64,000 nucleotides of DNA, taken from positions 10,107 to 74,106 of the forward strand of contig JBJKRI010000003.1 of NCBI GenBank assembly GCA_046704725.1. Reading direction: 5' to 3'. Origin of the DNA: Candidatus Woesearchaeota archaeon. GTDB lineage: Archaea; Nanobdellota; Nanobdellia; Woesearchaeales; SKIA01. The notes under the pieces are model-generated. The model saw only the letters and a list, made by a program, of their open reading frames with translations, had not been told where the DNA came from and searched no databases. This document shows, one piece after another, positions 36,634 through 46,217 of the stretch. Position 1 is the first letter of the stretch, and the number at the start of each line of letters is the position of its first letter. The translations under genes were made by a program, and so were the position numbers.

Positions 36634-37218
36634 CTACGTATGCAACTCGGAGAGCAGCGACGCGTCCCCGAGCACGATGACCCGCACGCCTTTCTCACGG
36701 AAGTATTTCGCGCTCTCGGATTCCTCTCTGGCCACGAAGACGTCTGGAAGCCCGTGCTCGGCGACGAAGCGTTCGAATACGGCTGCCGCATCGTCCTTCT
36801 CATCGGGGAGCGAGCACGCCTCGACGCTGTATAATCCCTCTGCGTCAGCAGCTTCGAGCAGTCTGTCCAATGCGTCATTGGTATTGGTCGTGACGACCGC
36901 GAGCTCGGCTCCGGTCTTGCGCAACGCCTCGATCACATCCGACCGCACGCTTTCCGGATGCTTCCGTACGAAGGACACGACAGCGTCGAAGTAGCGTTTC
37001 CGCGCGTGGCGCGTGCGTTCCTCGTCGGTCGCTTCCGGCTCGAGCCGTCGCATCACCTCGTCCACTCCGCGGAAATACTCTTTCCGGGAAGTCCACTCCT
37101 TGACGGACGGGTCGTTGAGTTCCTCCGCTGCCTTGGCGAACCATTGGGCGTGCGCCTTGTCCCAAGCCTCTGGTTTGATGAGCACGTTCTTGGCAGACGT
37201 CGCGATGAGCATGCACAC
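36634..37218 (-). CDS. HAD-like hydrolase-fold protein lacking an obvious N-terminal DxD motif
   Basis: C-terminal HAD-like motifs (VVTTNTND...DVFVAREESE). GTG at 37218 or ATG at 37212. Confidence 0.35.
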   Translation of the reverse strand: MCMLIATSAKNVLIKPEAWDKAHAQWFAKAAEELNDPSVKEWTSRKEYFRGVDEVMRRLEPEATDEERTRHARKRYFDAVVSFVRKHPESVRSDVIEALRKTGAELAVVTTNTNDALDRLLEAADAEGLYSVEACSLPDEKDDAAAVFERFVAEHGLPDVFVAREESESAKYFREKGVRVIVLGDASLLSELHT

Positions 37219-37325
37219 TGCATACTGGTGCGCTTCTTATGGTTTTCCTGCTTCGTCCTGAGGAGCTCTCCGTGACGTTCCACCTGAAACGAGGGTCCGC
37301 GTCCCGCGTTTCCTCACCGGAATGC

Positions 37326-37333
37326 TTTTAAAT
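37326..37333 (+). promoter_or_regulatory. TATA-like box (ttttaaat) upstream of the ribosomal-protein operon. Implies a ~120-nt leader before rpl3.
   Basis: Only strong AT-rich motif in the 260-bp intergenic region. Confidence 0.3.
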
Positions 37334-37478
37334 GAACCAGCGTTCGCCCCGATATCGACGATGCACGCCCTCAGGACGTGTATCGGCTGACGCCTGAGAA
37401 CCGCGCTGCGCGATTCTAGCATACCGCGGGACTAATGGGCGTTCACCAACCGGCCACCAGCATAGGCCAAGGACAACA

Positions 37479-38453
37479 ATGCCGACCACACGAGCACCAC
37501 GCAAGGGAAGCCTCCAGTACTGGCCCAGGAAGCGCGCCAAGCGCCAGCACGCGCGCGTCCGTAGCTGGGCGACCGCCAAGGAGCCCAAGCCCCTCGCTTT
37601 CGCCGGTTTCAAGGCCGGCATGACCCATATTCTCGTGACGGACAACCGCAAGCACAGCCCGAGCAAGGGCCAGGACATCAGCATGCCCGTCACCATCATC
37701 GAATGCCCGCCCCTCAAGATCGCGGGCATCCGCTTCTACAAGAAGAACACCAAGGGCTATGGCGAAGCGGCAGCCACCGAGGTCCGCTTCAAGGCCGACA
37801 AGGAGCTGCTCCGCACCACCAAGTGGAAGGAAACGGGCAAGCTCGACGGCATCAAGCCCGAGGAGTACACGCGAGCGACCCTCCTGGTCCACACCCAGCC
37901 CGCATTGACGGGCATCGGCCAGAAGAAGCCGCAGTTGTTCGAGGCGGGTTTCGCCGGCTCTGTCGCCGATGCGATCGCGTACGTCAAGGAGCACAAGGAG
38001 ATCGCCGTCGCCGACGCCCTCGCGCCGGGCCAGTTCGTTGACTCGCACGCGGTCACGACAGGCCGCGGCACGCAAGGCCCCGTCAAGAGATTCGGCATCG
38101 GCTTGCGCAGCCATAAGAGCGAGAAGAGCAATAGAAAGGCCGTCCTCGGTCCAGAGGGCTACGCCAAGGTCACCTTCACCTCGCCCCAGGCGGGCAAGAT
38201 GGGCTACCACCTGCGCACCGAGCACAACAAGCAGATCATGGGCCTCCTTGAGGCCGACAAGCTCCAGGTGAGCGGCGGCATCATCAACTACGGCGTCGTC
38301 AAGAACACCGTCGTCCTGCTCAAGGGCAGCGTCGGCGGCTCCAAGAAGCGCCTCATCACCCTCACGCACGCGACCCGCGCGGACCCCAAGGTGTCCACAC
38401 AGGCCATGGAGATCACGCACATCGCCACGAGAAGCCAGCAGGGGAACCAATGA
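37479..38453 (+). CDS. rpl3: 50S ribosomal protein L3 (uL3)
   Basis: Full-length uL3 pattern (FAGFKAGMTHI...). Confidence 0.95.
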   Translation: MPTTRAPRKGSLQYWPRKRAKRQHARVRSWATAKEPKPLAFAGFKAGMTHILVTDNRKHSPSKGQDISMPVTIIECPPLKIAGIRFYKKNTKGYGEAAATEVRFKADKELLRTTKWKETGKLDGIKPEEYTRATLLVHTQPALTGIGQKKPQLFEAGFAGSVADAIAYVKEHKEIAVADALAPGQFVDSHAVTTGRGTQGPVKRFGIGLRSHKSEKSNRKAVLGPEGYAKVTFTSPQAGKMGYHLRTEHNKQIMGLLEADKLQVSGGIINYGVVKNTVVLLKGSVGGSKKRLITLTHATRADPKVSTQAMEITHIATRSQQGNQ

Positions 38454-39352
38454 AACTCACCATCCGCACCGCGAAGAACGAGGAGAAAGGAACCATCGAG
38501 TTCCCCATCGTCGCGGAGATCCGCCCCGACCTCATCCGCCGTGCGGTGCTCGCGTTGCAGAGCCGCACGCGCCAGCCCTACGGGGCCGACCCGCGCGCGG
38601 GTCTCAAGCACTCCACGCGCATCAGCAGGCGCCGCCGCGATTATCGCGGCAGCTACGGCTACGGCATCAGCCGCGTGCCGCGCAAGATACTCAGCCGTGC
38701 TGGAAGACGCATGTACTGGGTCGGCGCGGAAGCCCCCGGCACCGTCGGCGGACGCAGAGCGCACCCGCCCAAGGCCACCAAGAAGTGGGCGCACAAGATC
38801 AACAAGAAGGAAAACCGCAGGGCCATCGACAGCGCGATGGTCTGCGCACTGACCCCTGAGGTCGTCTCCGCGCGCGGGCACAAGGTGCCCAAGCATTATC
38901 CCTTCGCGCTCGATGCGAGCGTCGAATCCCTCTCCAAGACCAAGGATGTCCTCGCCGCCCTGCAGGCGCTCGGACTCTCGGACGACCTCGCCCGCGGCGC
39001 TTCCGGCGCCAAGAGCGTGCTCCTCGTGACCGAGAACGAGGCCTTCGCGCGCGCCGCGCGAAACATCCCTGGTGTCGACGCGTTCCGCGCCGACGAGCTC
39101 AACGCGCACATGCTCGCTCCCGGCGGCCATCCGGGACGCGCCACGCTCTTCACCGTCACCAGCATCAAGCGCCTTTCCGGCGAGCCCGCTCCCAAGAAGG
39201 AGAAGGCTCCCGCCAAGGCCGCGAAACCCGCTCCGAAATCTCCTGCTCCGAAGAAACCCGAGGAGAAGGTCGAGAAGAAGGAGGCGGCTCCGAAGAAGAC
39301 CGCGAAGAAGACCGCGAAGAAAGCCGCCAAGAAGGCGGAGGTGAAGGCATGA
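38450..39352 (+). CDS. rpl4: 50S ribosomal protein L4 (uL4) with ~55-aa Lys/Ala/Pro-rich C-terminal tail
   Basis: uL4 core, then [27 protein letters not shown]...KKAEVKA. Confidence 0.9.
   Translation: MKLTIRTAKNEEKGTIEFPIVAEIRPDLIRRAVLALQSRTRQPYGADPRAGLKHSTRISRRRRDYRGSYGYGISRVPRKILSRAGRRMYWVGAEAPGTVGGRRAHPPKATKKWAHKINKKENRRAIDSAMVCALTPEVVSARGHKVPKHYPFALDASVESLSKTKDVLAALQALGLSDDLARGASGAKSVLLVTENEAFARAARNIPGVDAFRADELNAHMLAPGGHPGRATLFTVTSIKRLSGEPAPKKEKAPAKAAKPAPKSPAPKKPEEKVEKKEAAPKKTAKKTAKKAAKKAEVKA
39203..39250 (+). repeat. Shared ~45-nt DNA module (aaggctccYgcMaag...gcgaaacccgctccgaaatcNccYgc) encoding [16 protein letters not shown]. Copy in rpl4. Other copies at 41166-41207 and 41228-41260 (rpl22) and 48469-48516 (rps5).
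   Basis: Direct comparison of the three tail-coding regions. Core gcgaaacccgctccgaaatc is identical at 39221-39240, 41238-41257 and 48490-48509. Confidence 0.6.
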
Positions 39353-39597
39353 CCGTCATCATCCACCCGATCTCCACCGAGAAGAGCATCCGTCTCATGG
39401 AGGCGGAGAACACGCTCGTCTTCGCTGTCGACAGGAAAGCCACCAAGGCGGACATCAAGAAAGCCGTCGAGGAGCTCTTCAAGGTCAAGGTCGCCGGTGT
39501 CAACACTGTCAATACGTTCAAGACAAAGAAAGCGTACGTCACGTTCGCCGCCGACACGCCGGCGATCGACGTCGCCACCAAGCTGGGGTTGATGTAG
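39349..39597 (+). CDS. rpl23: 50S ribosomal protein L23 (uL23)
   Basis: 82 aa, uL23 pattern. Confidence 0.9.
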   Translation: MTVIIHPISTEKSIRLMEAENTLVFAVDRKATKADIKKAVEELFKVKVAGVNTVNTFKTKKAYVTFAADTPAIDVATKLGLM

Positions 39598-40311
39598 ATG
39601 GGTAAACCGATCATCGCGCAGAAACGGGGCAAGGGCTCGCCGACGTACACCGTCAGCAGCCATCGCTTCAAGGGCAAGGCCAAGCAATACGCGGACGGCG
39701 AGGCCATCATCGTGGACATCGTCCACTGCGCGGCCCACAGCGCCCCGCTCTGCCTGGCGGAGCACATGGACGGCACGCTGTACCTCACCATCGCTGGCGA
39801 GGGAGCCACCGTCGGCGACATCGTGCAGGTCGGCACGGGAGCAGAGCTCGCGGTCGGCAACACGCTCATGCTCAAGGACATGCCGGAAGGCACGCCCGTC
39901 TTCAATATCGAGTCGCAGCCCGGCGACGGCGGACGATTCTGCCGCACGTCCGGCAGCGCCGCGCGCATCGCGCAGAAGACCGAGAAGACCGTCACTGTCA
40001 TCTTGCCGAGCAAGAAGACGCGCTCGTTCCCGGCCACGTGCCGCGGCACCGTGGGCGTCCCCGCCGGTGGCGGGCGCAAGGAGAAGCCGCTGCTCAAGGC
40101 CGGTACCGCGTTCCACAAATACGGTGCCCGCAACAAGCTCTGGCCCAAGACGAGCGCGACGAAGATGAACGCGACCGACCACCCGTTCGGCAACACGCGC
40201 AGCCTGCGAAAGGCCAAGGCCAAGCCGGCTCCGCGCAACGCCCCGCCGGGACGCAACGTCGGTATGATCCGCCCACGCAAGTCGGGCCGCAGCAAGGGGA
40301 GGAAGCGCTAG
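39598..40311 (+). CDS. rpl2: 50S ribosomal protein L2 (uL2)
   Basis: uL2 pattern with the conserved HPFGNT-type C-terminus. Confidence 0.95.
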   Translation: MGKPIIAQKRGKGSPTYTVSSHRFKGKAKQYADGEAIIVDIVHCAAHSAPLCLAEHMDGTLYLTIAGEGATVGDIVQVGTGAELAVGNTLMLKDMPEGTPVFNIESQPGDGGRFCRTSGSAARIAQKTEKTVTVILPSKKTRSFPATCRGTVGVPAGGGRKEKPLLKAGTAFHKYGARNKLWPKTSATKMNATDHPFGNTRSLRKAKAKPAPRNAPPGRNVGMIRPRKSGRSKGRKR

Positions 40312-40692
40312 ATGGCGAAAAAGGAATTCACGTTTCACGGACACACGCTCGAACAGCTTAAGGCATTGCCGCGCGACGAGATGCTCGCGCTCCTGCCCAG
40401 CAGGCAGCGCCGCAGCATCAAGCGCGGGTACACGGATGCCGAGCGCAAGGCCGAGCTCAACATCCTTGCCAAGGACAAGGTCAGAACGCACGCCCGTGGC
40501 GTGGTCATCATGCCGCAGATGGTGGGCAAGACGATCCTCGTCCACAACGGCAAGCAGTTCGTGGAAGTCAAAGTGCAGGAGGAGATGATCGGGCACCGCC
40601 TGGGCGAGTTCGCCCTCACGCGCAACCTGGTCAAGCACAACTCCCCCGGAGTCGGAGCGACGCGCAGCAGCTCGGCGCTCTCGGTGAGATAA
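40312..40692 (+). CDS. rps19: 30S ribosomal protein S19 (uS19)
   Basis: GKTILVHNGKQFVEVKV pattern. Confidence 0.9.
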   Translation: MAKKEFTFHGHTLEQLKALPRDEMLALLPSRQRRSIKRGYTDAERKAELNILAKDKVRTHARGVVIMPQMVGKTILVHNGKQFVEVKVQEEMIGHRLGEFALTRNLVKHNSPGVGATRSSSALSVR

Positions 40693-41327
40693 TGGCATAC
40701 GGATACGCATACCAGGGCAGTGGCGAGGTCGCGCGAGGCGTCGCCCTCGACCAGTCCGTCAGCGTGAAGAGCGCTGTCATGGTCGCTGCCTTCGTCCGCG
40801 GCAAGCCCGTCGCTCGTGTCGAGCGCGAGCTCGACGCCGTCATCGCCATGCGCGCAGCGGTCCCCTTCACTCGTTTCAGCGAGGGCGCGGGCCACAAGCG
40901 CGGCATCGGCCCGGGCAAGTACCCCGTCAAGACCGCGACGGTCTTCCGTCAATTGCTCGCCAGCGTCAAGGCCAATGCCGAGGACCTCGGCATGGGAGAC
41001 GACCTCATCGTCATCGGCGCCACCGCTAACAAGGGCGCGGAGCAGCCGCGCTACGGCCGCCACCGCGGACGCGTCGGCAAGGCCACGCACGTCGAGCTCG
41101 TCCTCGCCGAGCGCGAGCCCGGCAAGAAGGCCGCCAAGGCTCCTGCGAAGACCGAGAAGCCCACCAAGGCTCCTGCCAAGAAGGCTGCGAAACCCGCTCC
41201 CAAGAAGCCCGCGGAGAAAGCGCCGGTGAAGGAAGCCGCGAAACCCGCTCCGAAATCTCCCGCCAAGAAAGCGGAGAAGAAGGAACCTGCTCCGGCGAAG
41301 AAAGAATCCAAGGAGGCTGATGCCTGA
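40692..41327 (+). CDS. rpl22: 50S ribosomal protein L22 (uL22) with ~55-aa Lys/Ala/Pro-rich tail
   Basis: uL22 core, then [49 protein letters not shown]... Confidence 0.85.
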   Translation: MAYGYAYQGSGEVARGVALDQSVSVKSAVMVAAFVRGKPVARVERELDAVIAMRAAVPFTRFSEGAGHKRGIGPGKYPVKTATVFRQLLASVKANAEDLGMGDDLIVIGATANKGAEQPRYGRHRGRVGKATHVELVLAEREPGKKAAKAPAKTEKPTKAPAKKAAKPAPKKPAEKAPVKEAAKPAPKSPAKKAEKKEPAPAKKESKEADA

Positions 41328-42058
41328 TGGCCATCGAGCGTAAATTCATCCAGCAGAACATGCGCGAGTTCCGTATCCGCAAGTTCGTCGAGAAGAACGT
41401 GTCCCGCGTCGGATTGTCCGATGTGACTGTCAAGAAGACGCCGATCGGCGACAAGATCGTGATCCGTGCTTCGCGCCCGGGCCTCGTCGTCGGCCGCGGC
41501 GGCAGCAACATCCAGCTGCTCACGCGACAGCTCAAGGAGGAGTTCGAGCTCGACAACCCGCAGATAGAGATTGAGGAGATCGAGAAGCCCGACCTCGACG
41601 CGGACGTCGTGGCTGAGCGCATCCTCAATAGCTTGGAGCGCTTCGGCAGCGGCCGCACGAAAGGCATCGGCTATCGTGCCATGGCCGACAGCATGAACTC
41701 CGGCGCGCTCGGTATCGAGATTCTCATCTCCGGGAAGATCCCGAGCATGCGCGCCCGCAGCTGGCGGTTCTACAACGGCTATCTGAAGAAAGCGGGTGAC
41801 CTCGCTGTCGAAGGCGTCCATCACAGCGTCAAGACGGTCACCCTCAAGTCGGGAGCGGTGGGCATCAAGGTGCGTATCATGCCGCCGGACATCACCCTCC
41901 CGGATCACATCACACTCACAGAGTCTCCTGTAACAGAGGTCGAGGAGGTCACCGGGAAACCGGAGGCCGCCGAGACCGAAGCGGCCGTAGAGAAGGCCGA
42001 GAAGGCTCCTGAGGACGCGCCGGAAGCCAAGGCATCCGGTGCGGAGGACACCGCATGA
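41327..42058 (+). CDS. rps3: 30S ribosomal protein S3 (uS3) with acidic tail
   Basis: KH domain VIRASRPGLVVGRGGSNIQ. Confidence 0.9.
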   Translation: MAIERKFIQQNMREFRIRKFVEKNVSRVGLSDVTVKKTPIGDKIVIRASRPGLVVGRGGSNIQLLTRQLKEEFELDNPQIEIEEIEKPDLDADVVAERILNSLERFGSGRTKGIGYRAMADSMNSGALGIEILISGKIPSMRARSWRFYNGYLKKAGDLAVEGVHHSVKTVTLKSGAVGIKVRIMPPDITLPDHITLTESPVTEVEEVTGKPEAAETEAAVEKAEKAPEDAPEAKASGAEDTA

Positions 42059-42240
42059 GGTTCAGCGAACTCTCCGCGCTCTCTCCCGAGGAACGGGAGG
42101 ATAAGCGAAAGGAGATCGAGCTGGAGCTCATGAAGGAGCGCGCGCAGATCGCGAGCGGAACCGCCCCGAAGAATCCGGGGATGATCCGCGAGTATCGCAA
42201 GACCCTCGCGCGCCTCCAGACACTCGAGAAGACCAAATGA
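42055..42240 (+). CDS. rpl29: 50S ribosomal protein L29 (uL29)
   Basis: 61 aa helical protein in the canonical position. Confidence 0.85.
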   Translation: MRFSELSALSPEEREDKRKEIELELMKERAQIASGTAPKNPGMIREYRKTLARLQTLEKTK

Positions 42241-42548
42241 GCAAGATATGCCCAACCTGCGGACTCCCTGAAGAACTGTGCGTATGCCAGGATATCGCCA
42301 AGGAGTCGCAGCGGATCACGGTCTCGATCGAGAAGAAGCGGTTCAGCAAGGAGTACACCGTCATCGAGGGTATCGATGCCGGTGAGATCGACGTCAAGGA
42401 ACTGGCGAAGACCCTCAAGCACAAGTTCGCGTGCGGAGGGACGGCCAAGGGCGGTCGGATCGAGCTCCAGGGCAACCACCTCAACGAGGTGGGCGCCGTG
42501 CTCATGGACCAGGGCTTCTCGCCAGAGACCATCGACGTGAAGCGATGA
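42237..42548 (+). CDS. sui1: Translation initiation factor SUI1 (aSUI1/eIF1)
   Basis: N-terminal CPTCG..CVC zinc motif plus SUI1 fold pattern. Canonical archaeal position after L29. Confidence 0.85.
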   Translation: MSKICPTCGLPEELCVCQDIAKESQRITVSIEKKRFSKEYTVIEGIDAGEIDVKELAKTLKHKFACGGTAKGGRIELQGNHLNEVGAVLMDQGFSPETIDVKR

Positions 42549-42811
42549 TCCGCCACGACCTCATCGGTCGCAGGATCGTCGTCCTCGAGGCGTCAAACAA
42601 GGACCTCGTCGGCATCGCCGGCGAGGTGGTCGACGAGACCAAGAACACGCTCCGCGTCCGTACGGACCGGGGCGAGAAGACCGTGCTCAAGGAGCAGGTG
42701 ACCATCGACGTCGATGGGACCCGCATCGAGGGCGCGTTGCTCACGCAACGTCCGGAGAAACGGACGAAGCTCAAGCTCAAACGATGGCAACGAAGAAAAC
42801 CACCACAGTAA
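42545..42811 (+). CDS. rnp1: RNase P protein component 1 (Rpp29/Pop4)
   Basis: IGRRIVVLEASNKDLVGIAGEVVDETKNTLRV pattern. ATGA overlap with sui1. Confidence 0.7.
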   Translation: MIRHDLIGRRIVVLEASNKDLVGIAGEVVDETKNTLRVRTDRGEKTVLKEQVTIDVDGTRIEGALLTQRPEKRTKLKLKRWQRRKPPQ

Positions 42812-43104
42812 AGCCCGCCGGGACGGCGGCCCGAGACAGCGCGAGCGCTAGCCTGCGCGGAAAGCAGTTCGAGGGCGTCGTCGTATCGGCGAAGGCGACC
42901 AAGACCGTGTCGGTCGAATGGGAGACGCGCTCGTACATCAAGAAGTACGAGCGGTACGAACGCCGACGCTCCAAGGTCGCGGCCCACAACCCCGAAGGCA
43001 TCGACGCCAAGGAGGGTGACGTGGTCCGCATCAAGGAGTGCAGGCCGCTCTCCAAGACCAAGCACTTCGTGGTCACCGAGATAATCGAGAGGAAAGGACA
43101 ATGA
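42784..43104 (+). CDS. rps17: 30S ribosomal protein S17 (uS17)
   Basis: GVVVSAKATKTVSV...RIKECRPLSKTKHFVV pattern. Confidence 0.85.
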   Translation: MATKKTTTVKPAGTAARDSASASLRGKQFEGVVVSAKATKTVSVEWETRSYIKKYERYERRRSKVAAHNPEGIDAKEGDVVRIKECRPLSKTKHFVVTEIIERKGQ

Positions 43105-43502
43105 AAGGACTCACGTCATCCGTCACCAAGGGACTGCAAGTCGGCTCCCGCTTGCCGACCGCCGACAATAGCGGAGCGAAGATCGTGGAGATCGTCTCCG
43201 TGCTCGGCGGCAAGACAGTCAAGGGACGCCGCTCGTCGGCTGGCGTCGGCGACATGGTCATTGTGACGGTCAAGAAGGGCCGTCCTGATGTGCGAAAGCA
43301 GGTCATGCACGCCGTCGTGGTGCGCCAGCGCAAGGAGTTCCGCCGCGCTGACGGGATGCACGTGAAGTTCGAGGACAACGCGGTCGTCGTCTGCAAGGAC
43401 GAGAAGGGGAACCCGAGAGGGACCATCTTCAAGGGGCCGATAGCAAAGGAAGCAGCGGACCGGTGGCCGCCGGTCGCGAACGTGGCTTCCATCATTGTGT
43501 GA
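43101..43502 (+). CDS. rpl14: 50S ribosomal protein L14 (uL14)
   Basis: ADNSGAKIVEIV pattern. ATGA overlap with rps17. Confidence 0.9.
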   Translation: MKGLTSSVTKGLQVGSRLPTADNSGAKIVEIVSVLGGKTVKGRRSSAGVGDMVIVTVKKGRPDVRKQVMHAVVVRQRKEFRRADGMHVKFEDNAVVVCKDEKGNPRGTIFKGPIAKEAADRWPPVANVASIIV

Positions 43503-43506
43503 TACT

Positions 43507-43866
43507 ATGAAACAAGGATTCAAGACCGGATGGAACGCGAGCTCCCAAGCGCGCAAGCAGCGTAAGTTCCGAGCGAACGCGCCGTTGCACCGCAAGAGCG
43601 TGTTCCTCAATGCCACGCTCTCCAAGGACCTTCGTGAGAAGCACAAGCGCCGCTCGCTGCGTGTCCGCCAGGGGGACGAGGTCGAGGTGCTCCGCGGTGC
43701 CTTCAAGGGCAAGAAGGGCGTCGTCGACAGCGTGGACACCCGCAACCAGCGCCTGGTCGTCCGCGGCGTCGAGCTCGCCAAGCGCGACGGCTCGAAGGCG
43801 CCGCACCCGGTCAACGTCAGCAACGTCCGCATCACCAAGCTCATCGAAGACAAGAGGAGGATCTGA
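43507..43866 (+). CDS. rpl24: 50S ribosomal protein L24 (uL24, KOW)
   Basis: SQARKQRKF...GDEVEVLRGAFKGKKGVV pattern. Confidence 0.85.
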   Translation: MKQGFKTGWNASSQARKQRKFRANAPLHRKSVFLNATLSKDLREKHKRRSLRVRQGDEVEVLRGAFKGKKGVVDSVDTRNQRLVVRGVELAKRDGSKAPHPVNVSNVRITKLIEDKRRI

Positions 43867-44538
43867 ATGGTACGCAATCACCTGAAACGCATCGCGGCCC
43901 CGCGCAGCTGGGCCTTGCACCGCAAGGAGCGCACGTTCATCACGCGCCCGAACCCCGGACGCGCGTTCGGACTCGCCATGCCGCTCAACCACGTCATGAA
44001 GGTGCTGCTCAACAAGGGCCGCACGACAAAGGAGGTCCGTCACATCCTCTTCCACGAGGAGGTACTCGTCAACGGCCGCCGAGAGTTCGACCACCGCAGG
44101 CCCGTCGGCTTCATGGACGTCATCAGCTTCCCCTCCACCAAGGAGCACTACGCGCTCAGCCTCTCCGCGAGGGGCATCCTGTCGGCCATGCCGCAAGACG
44201 ACGCGAAGAAGCGCCTCGTCAAGGTGCGCGGCAAGACCCGCGTCGCGGGAAGGTTCCAGCTCAACTGCCAGGACGGCACGAACATCCTGCTCGACAAGGA
44301 CGCGTACAAGACGGGTGACACGCTCGTCCTCACGGACGGCAAGGTTGCAAAGCACCTTCCGCTCGCCGTCGGCGCGCACATCACGTTGACGGGAGGGAAG
44401 CACCTCGGCAAGAGCGGCGTGGTGAAGAGCCTCGAGGGCGATGACATCGTCTTCGAGAACGAGAACGGCACGTACTCCACGACGCGAAACCACGCGTTCG
44501 TCACGGGAACCAAGGAACCGGAGGTGCGTCTGCGATGA
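43867..44538 (+). CDS. rps4e: 30S ribosomal protein S4e (eS4)
   Basis: HLKRIAAPRSW N-terminus. Confidence 0.9.
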   Translation: MVRNHLKRIAAPRSWALHRKERTFITRPNPGRAFGLAMPLNHVMKVLLNKGRTTKEVRHILFHEEVLVNGRREFDHRRPVGFMDVISFPSTKEHYALSLSARGILSAMPQDDAKKRLVKVRGKTRVAGRFQLNCQDGTNILLDKDAYKTGDTLVLTDGKVAKHLPLAVGAHITLTGGKHLGKSGVVKSLEGDDIVFENENGTYSTTRNHAFVTGTKEPEVRLR

Positions 44539-45044
44539 ACACGATGCGCGAGGTTCTCCTGGAGAAGGTGACCCTCAACTTCGGCGCCGGCAAGGATCAG
44601 GCACTGCTCGATAAGGGCGCACAGCTCATCGAGATGATCACGGGCATCGCGCCCGTCAGGACCGTCACGCAGGCCCGCATACCTGCCTGGGGATTGCGCC
44701 CCGGCCTGCCCGTCGGCCTCAAGCTCACGCTCCGCGGCGAGAAGGCCGTGGATGTCGCTTCGCGCCTGCTCGAGGCGCGCGAGCGCAAGCTCAAGGATTC
44801 CTGCGTGGACGACAACGGGAACGTCAGCTTCGGATTGACCGAGTACATCGACATCCCCGGCGTCCGCTACGACCCGAAGATCGGTATCATCGGCTTGCAG
44901 GCGTCCATCACGCTCAAGCGTCGCGGCTACCGTGTCGCGCGCAGGAAGATGCGCAATGCCCGAGTGGGAAAAGCGCATCGTATCACCAAGGAGGAGGCCA
45001 AGGAGTTCATGGTCAAACACTTCAAGGTGGAGTTCACGCAATGA
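44535..45044 (+). CDS. rpl5: 50S ribosomal protein L5 (uL5)
   Basis: uL5 pattern. Confidence 0.9.
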   Translation: MNTMREVLLEKVTLNFGAGKDQALLDKGAQLIEMITGIAPVRTVTQARIPAWGLRPGLPVGLKLTLRGEKAVDVASRLLEARERKLKDSCVDDNGNVSFGLTEYIDIPGVRYDPKIGIIGLQASITLKRRGYRVARRKMRNARVGKAHRITKEEAKEFMVKHFKVEFTQ

Positions 45045-45271
45045 CCGTCAGCAACTGGAAAAAAGCGTTCAAGCAGCTCAATGCGAAGCCGGCCGTGAAG
45101 CGCAAGTACGTCAAGCACAACAAGCCCGCCGAGCGCGCCCACGGCATCGCGACGCGTGCGTGCGGACACTGCGGTCGTCATCGTGCGCACATCAACAAGT
45201 ACGGCCTGCACCTGTGCAGGCAATGCTTCCGTCAATATGCGAGTGAACTCGGGTTCAAGAAATTCAGGTGA
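45041..45271 (+). CDS. rps14: 30S ribosomal protein S14 (uS14, zinc type)
   Basis: CGHCGR...CRQCFR zinc motif. Confidence 0.9.
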   Translation: MTVSNWKKAFKQLNAKPAVKRKYVKHNKPAERAHGIATRACGHCGRHRAHINKYGLHLCRQCFRQYASELGFKKFR

Positions 45272-45274
45272 AAC

Positions 45275-45667
45275 ATGACGCTCAATAATCCCCTATCGAA
45301 TGTGCTGTCCGCCATCGACAACAGCGAACGCGTCTCCCACAAGGAGATCGAGCTCGGCGTCAACAGCAAGGTCATCCGCACCGTCCTTGACATCCTCAAG
45401 GAGCGCGGTTACGTGACGGGCTACGAGGTCATCGAGGACGGACGCGGCGGTCGCGTCCGCGTCACGCTCGCGGGCACCATCAACCGCGTCGGTGTCATCA
45501 CGCCGAGCTTTCCCGTCAAGAAGACGGACTACCAGCGCTTCGAGAAGCGGTACCTGCCCGCGCGCGACTTCGGCATCCTCGTCGTGAGCACGAGCCGCGG
45601 CATGATGACGCACAACGAGGCGAAGGAACTGGGAATCGGAGGACGGCTCATCGCCTATTGCTACTAA
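45275..45667 (+). CDS. rps8: 30S ribosomal protein S8 (uS8)
   Basis: uS8 pattern. Confidence 0.9.
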   Translation: MTLNNPLSNVLSAIDNSERVSHKEIELGVNSKVIRTVLDILKERGYVTGYEVIEDGRGGRVRVTLAGTINRVGVITPSFPVKKTDYQRFEKRYLPARDFGILVVSTSRGMMTHNEAKELGIGGRLIAYCY

Positions 45668-45671
45668 GACC

Positions 45672-46217
45672 ATGAAATCCACTATCACTGAAGAACTGGC
45701 CATTCCGGAAGGGATACAGGCGGCCTATCAGGAGAAGGTCTTCTCCGTCACGGGCCCTGCGGGCACCGTGCAGCGCACGCTCTGGCAGCCTCGCATCACG
45801 CTCTCCGTCTCCGACGGCAGGATCGTCCTCGAGGCCAAGGATGCGTCGCAGCGCGAGAAGCGACACCTCTACACGATGCGCTCGCACATCAGGAACATGC
45901 TCAAGGGCGCTTCCGAGGGCCACGTCTACCGGCTCAAGGTCTGCTCGGGACACTTCCCCATGAACGTCGCCGTCTCGGGCGACACGCTCACCGTCAAGAA
46001 CTTCTTGGGCGAGGCCGTGCCCCGCACCCTCAAGCTCAAGCAGGGCGCCGAGGTCAAGGTCGATGGCGACACCGTCGTCGTCAAGGCCACGAGCCTCGAG
46101 CTCGCGGGCCAGCAGGCCTCTGACATCGAGCAGCTCACGCGCATCACCAACAGGGACCGTCGCATCTTCCAGGACGGATTGTACATCATCGAGAAGGATG
46201 GGGAGGCGGTCCAATGA
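45672..46217 (+). CDS. rpl6: 50S ribosomal protein L6 (uL6)
   Basis: Two uL6 repeats. Confidence 0.9.
   Translation: MKSTITEELAIPEGIQAAYQEKVFSVTGPAGTVQRTLWQPRITLSVSDGRIVLEAKDASQREKRHLYTMRSHIRNMLKGASEGHVYRLKVCSGHFPMNVAVSGDTLTVKNFLGEAVPRTLKLKQGAEVKVDGDTVVVKATSLELAGQQASDIEQLTRITNRDRRIFQDGLYIIEKDGEAVQ

Noticed and set aside
39181-39352. KAP-coding repeats as a possible CRISPR or tandem-repeat array
   Set aside because: Repeats are in-frame coding low-complexity inside r-protein genes, irregularly spaced, without spacers.
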